This document shows, piece after piece, positions 36,460 through 45,650 of a DNA stretch of 53,844 nucleotides. Source of the DNA: Bdellovibrionia bacterium (GTDB taxonomy: Bacteria > Bdellovibrionota > UBA1018); assembly GCA_049424145.1 (NCBI GenBank), contig JBMSSC010000002.1:1-53844 (forward strand), given 5' to 3'. Under the pieces are notes generated by a model. It did no database searches. It saw only the letters and a list, made by a program, of their open reading frames with translations, and was not told the origin of the DNA. Position numbers and translations under genes: made by a program. The first letter of the stretch is position 1, and each line of letters begins with the position of its first letter.

Positions 36460-38400
36460 TTAACGGAAGGCTCGCGGTAAGGCCTGAGTGAGGGAGCCCA
36501 TTTTCAGGTGAGGCCGGGTTTGCCCAAAGCGAGGAGGTCTCACCCATTCAGAGGGGAAGGAGAGATGTGAGGGGTTTGGGAGGACTGAAGCCGCATGCGG
36601 TGGGTTTGCTCGGGGAGCTCGTCGGGACGAGCCGGTTTGAGGGGCTGGGTTCCAAGGCTCTGAGGAGAAAGAGGAGGACTCCCCTGAAAAACTGGGGATT
36701 CTGACTTTTGGATCCAACAGGGCAAACCAGTTCCAGGAGCGAGTACTTAGTTGTTTCATTTCAATGCGGCTTTGAAGTCTCATCAGCAGTTCGGAAGTGA
36801 TTCTGGGGTGATGAGTCTGGGATGAAATGCTGGCTAAAGCCGAGCGAGTGAAGGCAATAGGCCAGAAGTGATATGAAAAAGCGGGCATCCCGTTGACAAG
36901 AAAGTGAGTTTCAAGCTGCGTGTCTTGAACATCAACGCTTCGCAGGCTGTCTGAGAGGCCCTCAGAGGACTCAGCGGCTTCTTGGGGTACGATTTTTTTC
37001 GCTAAGACGCTTTCTTGCCACGAAAGGATGTGGTTTTCTCGTGAGAACACTTCACAGAGCCGGGTGAGTTTACGGGAGAGTGGCAGGCTCTTCAGGCTTG
37101 CATCAGAATTCCAAAGAAGAAGGTCAAGGACTTGGAAGGAGTTTCGAATTCCAGAGGCCAGCTCACATTGGCCTTTGTTAAAGCGAATTTCTTTGGAATC
37201 GAGTTTAGCGATGACTTGAGTGAGCCATTGGTGTCTCATCGTTTCTAAGGAATGGGGAAACAACTCTGCATTTTGCTGATAAAACTCCGCTAAAAGAGGA
37301 TGGATCTGAAAGCCATGGTGATCCGCTTGTTTTTGAAGGAGTTCAGGCTCAAGTCGGCCTGTTTTTGGTTCATAGAGAAGAAAGTTAAACCAATTCAAAA
37401 GAGCCGTCTCTCCACAGTCGGGGTAGTACTTGGGGGGAGCCTTTTGCTCCTCTTCGTAGCAGCTAATTCCGAAGGGGACTTGAGGAGGGCAGATGCGGCT
37501 CAGTTGCTCGGGATAGAAAGCCAGTGCCACGGTTTCAACTGGATGCTCAATGAGGAAGTCTAAAAAGGCGTTTTCTTGTGAGGGTTGGTTAGCCGCTGAT
37601 TGTTCCAGTTGGTCAAAGCGCTTGAGCCATTGGATGAATTGATCGTGGAGGGCGAGAGAATCGGAGCGAAGGAATTCGCTTTGAAACGGAGCTTGGCTGA
37701 GGAGTTCAAACCCTGCTGGGGTCAGTGCGGGGCTTAGGTTCTCAAGTAATTGAAGGAGGTCTGCTTTTGAAGGATCCTGGCTGATGAAGAAACTCATGAG
37801 CAGGAGTTCTGCTAGAGGTTCGGTGGGGTTTTCCTCAAATGCTCCAGCCAGAGTGTGAGCCAAAGCGGATTGAGCGTCGGATTGCTCACTGAAGGAGGTG
37901 AACCTGGGACTGAGTTCAAAAGAGTTTGTGTCTAAAACTTTAAACAGGCGATCTTCTAAGATTCGGGGAGAGGGAGAGGAAATCCTTGAGTGGATGAGCT
38001 CAGAAATGAGCTGACCGGTGATTTGTCCCGTAAGATGGGGAGGAGGCGTACCTCGGGATGCTCGATGTGGGAGGGGCTGAACTGAGGATTGCGGGAAAAA
38101 TAGGAGCTGAAGCAAGGCAGCACTTTTGGGTTGAGTGAGAACGCCAGGATGAGATTCTGCCGCTTGGAGGAGTTCTTGGGCTTGGAGGGAGACCTGCTGA
38201 AAGGCTGGGCTCTTGAGAAAGACAAAACTGTAAGCAGGAGAGAGGACCTCATACTGCGGTTGAAATAACCGATGCACGGCTTGCAGATCTAAATAGGAGA
38301 GTTGATCCGCTTGGGAAGACCAAGGTGAGAGGATTAGAGTGATCCAGAGACAGGAGCGTTTGGGAAGTTTCACTAGAGTTTTCAAAGTCGAGAGATTCAT
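36460..38400 (-). CDS. Hypothetical secreted protein (646 aa), no family recognised
   Basis: ATG 38400 gives MNLSTLKTLVKLPKRSCLWITLILSPWSSQA-DQ, which is signal-like. The ORF is long and uninterrupted. It contains an isolated YPDCGETALLNWFNFLL segment. The C-terminal ~70 aa are P/S/R-rich low complexity. Confidence 0.6.
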   Translation of the reverse strand: MNLSTLKTLVKLPKRSCLWITLILSPWSSQADQLSYLDLQAVHRLFQPQYEVLSPAYSFVFLKSPAFQQVSLQAQELLQAAESHPGVLTQPKSAALLQLLFFPQSSVQPLPHRASRGTPPPHLTGQITGQLISELIHSRISSPSPRILEDRLFKVLDTNSFELSPRFTSFSEQSDAQSALAHTLAGAFEENPTEPLAELLLMSFFISQDPSKADLLQLLENLSPALTPAGFELLSQAPFQSEFLRSDSLALHDQFIQWLKRFDQLEQSAANQPSQENAFLDFLIEHPVETVALAFYPEQLSRICPPQVPFGISCYEEEQKAPPKYYPDCGETALLNWFNFLLYEPKTGRLEPELLQKQADHHGFQIHPLLAEFYQQNAELFPHSLETMRHQWLTQVIAKLDSKEIRFNKGQCELASGIRNSFQVLDLLLWNSDASLKSLPLSRKLTRLCEVFSRENHILSWQESVLAKKIVPQEAAESSEGLSDSLRSVDVQDTQLETHFLVNGMPAFSYHFWPIAFTRSALASISSQTHHPRITSELLMRLQSRIEMKQLSTRSWNWFALLDPKVRIPSFSGESSSFSSEPWNPAPQTGSSRRAPRANPPHAASVLPNPSHLSFPSEWVRPPRFGQTRPHLKMGSLTQALPRAFR

Positions 38401-39089
38401 CAGAAGCAACTTTCCAGGTTCAAAGGGTTAATTAGAGACGATGAGGGGCAGTCGACGGGTGAGGGGAGTAAGAGGGGGCTGGACTAAAAGACTGATCCAA
38501 CACCTCCGTCATCAAATCAGGATCTGGTGACGGCAAGCAGAACCTTGCCCAGGCTTGCTTGAATTCCTCACTCATCTTTTGCACACGGAGTCTTCAATCT
38601 GATGGTCTGAGGCTACACCAGTTTTTTCTGAAATTGATGTCCCGCCTCTTTGGAAATGAAGAGGATTTCCCAGATCGGGCGATTCACACCCGAATCGCTC
38701 CTGAACTCAACTCGAGGAGTGATCAGGCGATGGGCATTACCCCCATTTTTTAGCACTCCAATTGAGTAGGTCAAATTTTGGACTCCGATCGTTTCGTTTG
38801 AGCTGCCGTCGGGCAACGATTCTCAAACCGATTCGATCTTCACTGTCTCAAGTTTTTCGTACTTGATGTGACAGATTTTACCCAAGCCAAGATCATGTTT
38901 TTTTGGCTTGGAATGGCATATCTGACTTTCAAAGAACGTAGTTGCTCATTAGCACAACTGGAGGGGAAGGGGAACACTGAACTCAATGTCTGTAGGCTTG
39001 ATGTTCTCTCCCTCAACTAGGGGATTTAACGGTCCTTCCTGGATCACGAAACCAAAAAAAGCAATGACTCGGGCAGAGGAGGAAAGGGG

Positions 39090-39563
39090 CTATTGGTAGG
39101 ACAGGTTCATGAGAAGCAATTGCTTCAGACGAAATCGAGCGATGTCACTGCCCTGATTGGCGGCTAGGCTATAGAGTCGAACGGCTTCATGGGAGTTTTT
39201 TACTCCACCGCGCCCTGTTTCCAGCATTCTCCCTAAGTGAATTTGGGCTTCCATCATTCCTTTTTCAGAGGCTGACTGATACAAGCGCCGCGCCATTTCA
39301 AGACTTTGATCATCATTCTCTTGAGCTTCGAAAATAAAGCCCAACATGAACTCGGCTTCGGCTTGACCTTGGGACACTAAGGGCTCCAGGATGAGCTGAG
39401 CTTTTTTGAAGTCCTTGCTTTCAAGAGCTTGTCGTGCCTCTTGGATGGGTTCATTGACTGGAGTCGCATGGCCTCTTTGAGCCGAAAAAAACAGGGCTAC
39501 AGAAAGAGGTGAAAAAAGAAGCCAAGCAATTGGCATAAATTGGGTTTTCATTGACCAGTTCAT
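39090..39563 (-). CDS. Sel1-repeat (SLR/TPR-like) secreted protein
   Basis: Signal-like MKTQFMPIAWLLFSPLSVALFFSA, with candidate starts at 39578 (GTG), 39563 and 39551. Sel1 repeats are present: AEAEFMLGFIFE, A.RLYQSASEKGMMEAQIHLGRMLETGRGG.KN..EAVRLYSLAANQG..A. Confidence 0.8.
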   Translation of the reverse strand: MNWSMKTQFMPIAWLLFSPLSVALFFSAQRGHATPVNEPIQEARQALESKDFKKAQLILEPLVSQGQAEAEFMLGFIFEAQENDDQSLEMARRLYQSASEKGMMEAQIHLGRMLETGRGGVKNSHEAVRLYSLAANQGSDIARFRLKQLLLMNLSYQ

Positions 39564-39789
39564 TTGAATTCGCTCCACAAAAAATCACCCCTTCTTCAAA
39601 ACATCACTCTTGATAGAAAGGGGGGAAAACGAAACAATCCAAAATGGGAAATTGCTTCGTCAGGTTCAATTCCCTGGAAAGCTTTTGAAATGAGTACTTT
39701 TTCGGGTGGCAAGGTTCTATATGAACTGAGTAAATTGTCAAAGACATTTTACTCAGTTCAGGGCCCTTTTTTAAATTTTGACTTTCTGT

Positions 39790-42459
39790 CTAGTTATACA
39801 TCGACATCCAAGGCTCAATCTTCCGCTTCTTTTGCGGGTGAATCACCTCGGGTTCCCATTGGATGGGGACCACCGTGCCTGGTTCAAGTGGGTTTCCAAG
39901 CATCCGATCTGCAATTCGTTCTTCAATCGGAAAGATTGACTTTTTAGCGTGTCGATAATCCACTCCTGTGGCGTACTCGGAGAAAATGTGCTTGAGAAAC
40001 TCCTCGGAGTTGGTCAGTTGAAATTGCACCCGATGTTTTTGACTTTCGCGCTCTAGAGTTTTTGAAAGATAAAATCGAACCGCATGTTGGAACTCCTCCT
40101 CGGAGGGGCGAGTTAAGACGACGGTATGAAGAATGCGGGATAAGATGGGTTTTGAGATCCCGCCCTCAGCTAGCACCTCAACCAGTTCCCCTGGAGAAAT
40201 CTCCTCGCCTTTTTGAGACTTCGACTCGATAAAGTCTGCGCCTGCGTTGGAGGTGAGGACGAAAAGAGCTTTTTGAGCAATGACGGTTTTAGTGAGCAAT
40301 CCACCGCCTGAGAGTTTCTCGTGGACTGTGAAGGTGCCATCCTGAAGCATCTTGAGCGCTGCATCTTGTACGGAGATGTGGGCTTTTTCAATTTCATCTA
40401 AAATGAGGACTTGAAATGGGTTTTTCATCAAGGCGTTGTAGATTTCTCGACGAAACTCATCAATGTCGCCACGCTGAAACTGATTCATTTCGACGAAGGT
40501 TTTTTTGTAACCCATGAGGTCTGCTGAGAGCTCGGCTAAGTGAGATTTTCCTACTCCAGGAGGGCCAACTAGGAGGAGGCTGCCTACGTGGTTTGGGTCT
40601 CCAACTCCCGTGAGTTTTCTTTTCCAGATGGAGCAAAGGGCGCGTTTGGCACCTTCTTGGGCTAAGATCTGCTGGTCCAGGCCTGACTTCAACTCCAGCA
40701 CATTTTTTTGCATTAAAGCTCGATCCATTTGGTGGGAGCTTAAGTGGTAGCGATCTTTTGCCGCCTGGTGAAGCGTTTCTGCAGTGAGGGTGGCCGTGGG
40801 ATGTTCGGCCTCCTCCAGAATGGCCCGGGCTTTGATCAGGAGATTGACTGCGGACCGGGGTTGAGAGGCGGTGACGTCATATTCGTTGGAGAGGTCAATG
40901 GCGGTCTGAATCAGTGCTGTGTCAAGCGGAGTGCTCAACTCTGGATTCAATCGAGCCGCAATGAGTTCAACTAAAGCCGATCCTTGTTCGGGCTCAACTT
41001 GAAGTTGATCGAAGCGTTCAATGAAAGCAGGATCACGGCCAAAGGCATTGAAAAACTCGGATTGCGTATCGGTTCCAATTAAGGTGAGTTCACCTGATTC
41101 AATCGGACCTTTGAATGATTGGGTGATGTCGTTTTCATGGTGGGACGAGGTTCCCACTCCGGACATCGAATGGAGTTCGTCGATAAAATACAGACAACCG
41201 GTCTCTTTTGCTGCGGCAATGAGGGTGGCAACTCTTTTTTCGATCATCCCCGTGTACTTCGTTCCACTGGCTAGGCTGGCCATTCTCACGTCAAAGATCT
41301 GGGTGGTTCTGGGGATGCCTTTGATCTTGCCGAGTCCCACATCTCGAGCAAAAGCTCGAATGGCACTGGATTTGCCCGTCCCGGGCCTTCCAAGAAGGAC
41401 CAGGCTGCGCCGGGAGCGGAGCGATTGAGCCATTTTTCTTTGGAGTTCAGGATTTGATTTTTCAGTGAAACTTTCTGGGTACTCAAGCGATTGTTTCACC
41501 AGGTCTTGAAACTGCCCAGAAATGGCTTCGCTGGGGTCGATGGGGCGGTCACGGTCATCGAGTACGGCCTCGGCTTTTTTGAGTTTTTCAGACTTTCTGA
41601 CCTCTGCATCGAACTCATTGAGGTCAATCCTTCGTGAGCATCCGGGGATGGATAAAATTCCCTGAGAGACGTTGGCTTGGCTGAGAGCGGTTTTGTTCAC
41701 AGACTCTGGATTTGTGATGAGTTTTAAGATTTTTTTATCTCGAGCTCGTTCAATTAGATAGGTGTCGTTAGAGGGTGTTTGTTCAGATAAGAAATAAGCA
41801 TCCACGCCATTTCTAATAGAATACACCATCTTGAATGCTTTTAAGTCGATTGCTTGGTTGAGGCCGGGAAAGGTGAGGAGATGAAACTGTGGATTGAGTT
41901 CAAAATCTAGTTTTTCTCCTTTCAGAAGTGAGTTTAAGCGCAAGCATTTTCCGTCACTTTTTCTGAGTAAGGTTGCAATTGAATCCCGTTCTCCTCGAGT
42001 GATCTCAAGAAGAAATGCGTCTTCTTCGGCATCGATGAGAGTGGCACTGGATTGACTAAATTCCTTTTGTAGGCAAGCCGTTGTTACGGACCCGTCTTCA
42101 AAGAACCAAGATCGGCTTTGATCTCGAAAGGAGAAAAAGCCCTCTTGTCCAGGTCGAATTCGAACCCACGGGCTCAGTGGATGGGAACTTTTTTTGATTT
42201 GATTGGCATAAACGTACTTGAGACCCTTGGACTCGATGATTCGCTTGAGTGATGTTTTTGATCCTTTTTCAAAAAGGTCAATGGAGAACCGAAATTCGTC
42301 CTCTTCGTTGACTTGAATCAGAGCTCGATTTCCGTTTCGAAAGAGGTAGCTTACTTGCTTGGTTTCTGCCCAAGTGTCCTGAGATTGGATGAAAAAAAAT
42401 GATGATAAGAATACTAATCCGTATGGATTAGTTAGCCCACGAGTTTTGTTTTTCACCAC
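39790..42459 (-). CDS. ClpA/ClpB-family double AAA+ ATPase with non-canonical ~330-aa N-terminal region and signal/anchor-like N-terminus
   Basis: The first AAA+ module (D1) has LLGRPGTGKSSAIRAFARDV, TKYTGMIEKRV, YFIDELHSM, LTLIGTDT and FIERFDQLQVEPE. The second module (D2) has LLVGPPGVGKSHLAELSA and VLILDEIEKAH, with a D2-small domain at the end. No M-domain or Clp_N is visible. It has a GTG start, and the N-terminus VKNKTRGLTNPYGLVFLSSFFFIQSQDTWAE is hydrophobic. Confidence 0.85.
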   Translation of the reverse strand: MVKNKTRGLTNPYGLVFLSSFFFIQSQDTWAETKQVSYLFRNGNRALIQVNEEDEFRFSIDLFEKGSKTSLKRIIESKGLKYVYANQIKKSSHPLSPWVRIRPGQEGFFSFRDQSRSWFFEDGSVTTACLQKEFSQSSATLIDAEEDAFLLEITRGERDSIATLLRKSDGKCLRLNSLLKGEKLDFELNPQFHLLTFPGLNQAIDLKAFKMVYSIRNGVDAYFLSEQTPSNDTYLIERARDKKILKLITNPESVNKTALSQANVSQGILSIPGCSRRIDLNEFDAEVRKSEKLKKAEAVLDDRDRPIDPSEAISGQFQDLVKQSLEYPESFTEKSNPELQRKMAQSLRSRRSLVLLGRPGTGKSSAIRAFARDVGLGKIKGIPRTTQIFDVRMASLASGTKYTGMIEKRVATLIAAAKETGCLYFIDELHSMSGVGTSSHHENDITQSFKGPIESGELTLIGTDTQSEFFNAFGRDPAFIERFDQLQVEPEQGSALVELIAARLNPELSTPLDTALIQTAIDLSNEYDVTASQPRSAVNLLIKARAILEEAEHPTATLTAETLHQAAKDRYHLSSHQMDRALMQKNVLELKSGLDQQILAQEGAKRALCSIWKRKLTGVGDPNHVGSLLLVGPPGVGKSHLAELSADLMGYKKTFVEMNQFQRGDIDEFRREIYNALMKNPFQVLILDEIEKAHISVQDAALKMLQDGTFTVHEKLSGGGLLTKTVIAQKALFVLTSNAGADFIESKSQKGEEISPGELVEVLAEGGISKPILSRILHTVVLTRPSEEEFQHAVRFYLSKTLERESQKHRVQFQLTNSEEFLKHIFSEYATGVDYRHAKKSIFPIEERIADRMLGNPLEPGTVVPIQWEPEVIHPQKKRKIEPWMSMYN

Positions 42460-42721
42460 ACACGTCCTTGCTTTTTTGATTTAAACACTACACCCCGAAA
42501 TTCCTTTTGGCCTAACAAAAATCAAATGGTTTTGTCAAAATTTTTTGGACGAATGGGGTTGATAAAAAATACATGATTGTTTTTTAGTATGAAAAAACCA
42601 AATATCTTGACACTGAGGCCTGAGGGTGATCCTCTTAGAGTCTCTCTATGAGTGAAATCAGCGTGAGTCAGTGTCCATGAGAGAAGTGAGTAAAAAAAGT
42701 TTCAGTTAGAATTGAGTTCTC

Positions 42722-43414
42722 ATGAGTCGTTTGTCTTGGTCTGAAATTCAGTTAGAACCCGAGTGGAAGCAGGTCTTATCGCACGAGTTTGCGCAACCCT
42801 ACCTTCAAGACTTAAAAAAGTTTTTGGTGGATCGTGAGCGGGCAGGAAAAGTAATTTATCCCTGCGATTCTGAAATCTTTCAAGCGCTCAATTTAACTCC
42901 TTTTTCTCAAGTCAAGGTGGTGATCCTGGGTCAGGATCCTTATCATGGTCCCGGGCAAGCTCATGGTCTTTGTTTTTCCGTGAAGAAGGGAGTGCAGTTT
43001 CCCCCGTCCCTGGTGAACCTATTTAAAGAACTTCATCAAAGCTGTGGAGTCCCCATGCCTCAGTCGGGAAACTTAACGGGTTGGGCTCAGCAAGGAGTAT
43101 TGCTTCTTAATACGGTGCTAACGGTGGAACAATCCCAGGCGGGAAGTCACCGGGGAAAAGGCTGGGAGATCTTTACGGATGCAATCATTCGAAAACTGGG
43201 AGAACGCAGCAAGCCCATTGTTTTTTTACTTTGGGGTTCATTTGCTCATGCCAAAGCGGCCTTGATTCGCACACCCCCTCACTTGATTTTCAAATCAGTC
43301 CATCCTTCCCCATTATCCGCATATCGAGGGTGGTTTGGTTCCAATCCCTTTCAAAAAGCCAATGAGGCATTGATCCAAACCGGGCAGACTCCGATTCAGT
43401 GGGGTCAGCTCTAA
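42722..43414 (+). CDS. ung: Uracil-DNA glycosylase (family 1)
   Basis: VVILGQDPYHGPGQAHGLCFSV, PPSLVN, GVLLLNTVLTV and HPSPLSA are all canonical Ung motifs. Confidence 0.95.
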   Translation: MSRLSWSEIQLEPEWKQVLSHEFAQPYLQDLKKFLVDRERAGKVIYPCDSEIFQALNLTPFSQVKVVILGQDPYHGPGQAHGLCFSVKKGVQFPPSLVNLFKELHQSCGVPMPQSGNLTGWAQQGVLLLNTVLTVEQSQAGSHRGKGWEIFTDAIIRKLGERSKPIVFLLWGSFAHAKAALIRTPPHLIFKSVHPSPLSAYRGWFGSNPFQKANEALIQTGQTPIQWGQL

Positions 43415-43430
43415 GTTTCCATCAGAGGTT

Positions 43431-43937
43431 CTAAGCGGCCTCTTTTTCCACTTTTCCATGCTGATTTGCACGGATCTCACGACTCACTCGTTCAAATTGA
43501 GATTTTTTAGCCGTCATTCGGAAGCGAGGGAAGATTTCATTCTCCTCTTTTTTAAAATGAAGCGTCAACTCTTCTCGCAAAATCTTCATCTTCACTTCAG
43601 CGGCATCGCTCATGAAGGGATGCTCTCCTAATTCATGAAAAAGAGCCTTCAGTTGTTTATGGTCATTCTTGCATTCGGTGATGGCTCTTTTTAAGTTCGG
43701 GAGCTTTTCACATGAAGGATAAAAGGCAGCCTCCTCAAGGTGAAGATGAGCGAAGACCTCAGTTCTTAAGCTGGAGAAGATTCGCTTTCGGGCCTCCTCC
43801 GATCTCATGATCCGCCACTGCAGAAAGAAGGCTTCAATCTTCAGGTGATCTCGTTGGAGGAGTTCTAATCCATCTAGATCTCGTCCCAGTGCTGTTTTTA
43901 ATAAGAGTCTCGTTCTTTGAATGAATTCTTTTACCAT
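43431..43937 (-). CDS. Hemerythrin-like (HHE cation-binding) domain protein
   Basis: All-helical 168 aa with spaced His/Glu motifs: LQRDHLKIEAFF, EVFAHLHLEEAAFYP, NDHKQLKALFHEL and HFKKEENEIFP. Confidence 0.65.
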   Translation of the reverse strand: MVKEFIQRTRLLLKTALGRDLDGLELLQRDHLKIEAFFLQWRIMRSEEARKRIFSSLRTEVFAHLHLEEAAFYPSCEKLPNLKRAITECKNDHKQLKALFHELGEHPFMSDAAEVKMKILREELTLHFKKEENEIFPRFRMTAKKSQFERVSREIRANQHGKVEKEAA

Positions 43938-44188
43938 ACTGTTTTTTTACCCACTCCGAAATCTGATTTGCAAGGGATGCGCCAAGGACAAAGGGTGTTC
44001 CCGTGTCTTTTCTTTTCTGGAGGCTTTTTACTTTTGGATCAGTGGAGAGACGAAGAAAGAAGGTTCAAAATCGGACTCTTTGAAAAAAAATCGAACAATC
44101 GACTAAAAAAAGATTTTTCCCTATTGTCATTTGTCATGAATCTGGATACATAGGGTTCCTCGCTTGATTCATCGAATCAATCAGTTGC

Positions 44189-44264
44189 GTCCCCATCGTC
44201 TAGAGGCCTAGGACATCGCCCTTTCACGGCGGTAACCGGGGTTCGAATCCCCGTGGGGACGCCA
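44189..44264 (+). tRNA. tRNA-Glu (anticodon TTC), encoded CCA
   Basis: The acceptor GTCCCCA pairs with TGGGGAC, followed by G and CCA. The D-arm is GTCTAGAGGCCTAGGAC, the anticodon loop is CTTTCAC, and the T-arm is CGGGG-TTCGAAT-CCCCG. Confidence 0.95.
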
Positions 44265-44384
44265 ATTTCAATCGTCAGTGATTGAACTGACTTCAGAAGC
44301 CTCTTAGATTCATCAAAAACTAAAAATCCAAAAAAAGCGGATCCCTGGGTGTATATACTTGATCATGGAGGCCCCTGAGAACCT

Positions 44385-45617
44385 ATGACTTTGAAGATGC
44401 TCAACCCGAAGCTGACTGCGACTCTCCTGATTTTGGCTCTGTCGATCCTCTTGTTCTTTCGTCATTCCCAGGATTTTATTCCGGGCAGGAAGGTGCCGGG
44501 TGATTTTAAAGTCTATCAAATTGCCGCCGCCCGTGTTGCAACGGGTGTGAATCCCTATATTCCCACGGAGGGATCTCCCTATAAGTACTCCCCCGCAGCA
44601 CTACTTCCGCTTCAGCTTTTGCCTAAGCAGGATTCTCGGGCCTGGATGGTTTTTAAGGCTCTTTGCATCGCCTCCTTGGCCGCTTCGATTTTAGTCGGTG
44701 CCTGTCTCTCAGGTTGGAAAGAGGTGCTCAGTCTGGTGCTTGGATTTGCTCTGGCGTGGAAAGGACTTCTTGAAACGCTCGACTACGGCCAGATGGAGTT
44801 CTTTGTCTTGTTTGGAGGAGTTTTAGGAGCCCGACTTTTGAAAAGTCACAGTCTTGCAGCAGGACTGGTCATTGGGTGTTTGCCCTGGTTGAAGTTGCCT
44901 TGGGGGTTTCTCACTCTTCCTTTTTTAATGGAGTCGGCTCAAAGAGGTCGGAGGAGTTGGTCTCGGTTTTCGGCTGGCTGGATTCTGGGGTTTCTCGGGT
45001 TTGGCATGGCGCTTCCCCTGGTGTTCTTTGGAATGGAGAAGACAATTTTTTTGACCCAATCCTGGTTCGATTTGTTGGCTCATCAGCCCCAGGAGTTGTT
45101 TCTCAGTGATTTGAATCAAAGCGTTTGGAGTACGGCCACGCGTTGGCTCAGAATGAATAGCGCATGGGGGATGCCGGCTGTAGTTCTTTTAGCTCTCGCC
45201 TGTCTCTTGATTTTTTTTCAGCTCGTTCGATCCTCCTTTCGGCAGAGTTTAGTGGAGGCTCCGCTGGCACGACTCACTCCCTGGCTGATTCTCATGCAAT
45301 TGGTGAATCCTCTATCCTGGCGTTGGGGCAGTCTCCTATTGATCGGAGCCTCTTGGGTGATTCCGGGTCACTTCCGCCTGAGATCGGTGTTTTCATGGTG
45401 GATGGCGTCACTGTTGATCGTCTTGTTTCTCATTCAGCTCAATCCCATTGCCTCATTTCTGGGTTTTGACAATTGGACCGTACCTCATCGCTTTGGATCC
45501 ATTACCTTTTATTGGTTAGTCGTACTCTTGCTCTCCGCTTCAACTCAGGGCTTAAGCCCTCTGGGGGTCTTGCGGCAGCAGCAGAAAAGTGCTGGAATGC
45601 GTTATAATCTTGACTAA
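44385..45617 (+). CDS. Polytopic membrane protein, GT87/DUF2029-like glycosyltransferase candidate
   Basis: 410 aa with about 10 predicted TM helices. The first loop, DFKVYQIAAARVATGVNPY, resembles the D..Y motif of GT-C/DUF2029 mannosyltransferase-like proteins. The functional call is weak. Confidence 0.45.
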   Translation: MTLKMLNPKLTATLLILALSILLFFRHSQDFIPGRKVPGDFKVYQIAAARVATGVNPYIPTEGSPYKYSPAALLPLQLLPKQDSRAWMVFKALCIASLAASILVGACLSGWKEVLSLVLGFALAWKGLLETLDYGQMEFFVLFGGVLGARLLKSHSLAAGLVIGCLPWLKLPWGFLTLPFLMESAQRGRRSWSRFSAGWILGFLGFGMALPLVFFGMEKTIFLTQSWFDLLAHQPQELFLSDLNQSVWSTATRWLRMNSAWGMPAVVLLALACLLIFFQLVRSSFRQSLVEAPLARLTPWLILMQLVNPLSWRWGSLLLIGASWVIPGHFRLRSVFSWWMASLLIVLFLIQLNPIASFLGFDNWTVPHRFGSITFYWLVVLLLSASTQGLSPLGVLRQQQKSAGMRYNLD

Positions 45618-45650
45618 TTTTATTTGTTATGGTCTTTTCCGGCGCTATCT

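Noticed and set aside
21791-44188. Calling the tRNA-bracketed block a prophage, ICE or transposon.
   Set aside because: I could read no integrase, recombinase, transposase, capsid/tail or conjugation genes, and no terminal inverted or direct repeats. Only the weaker 'accessory block' statement is supportable.
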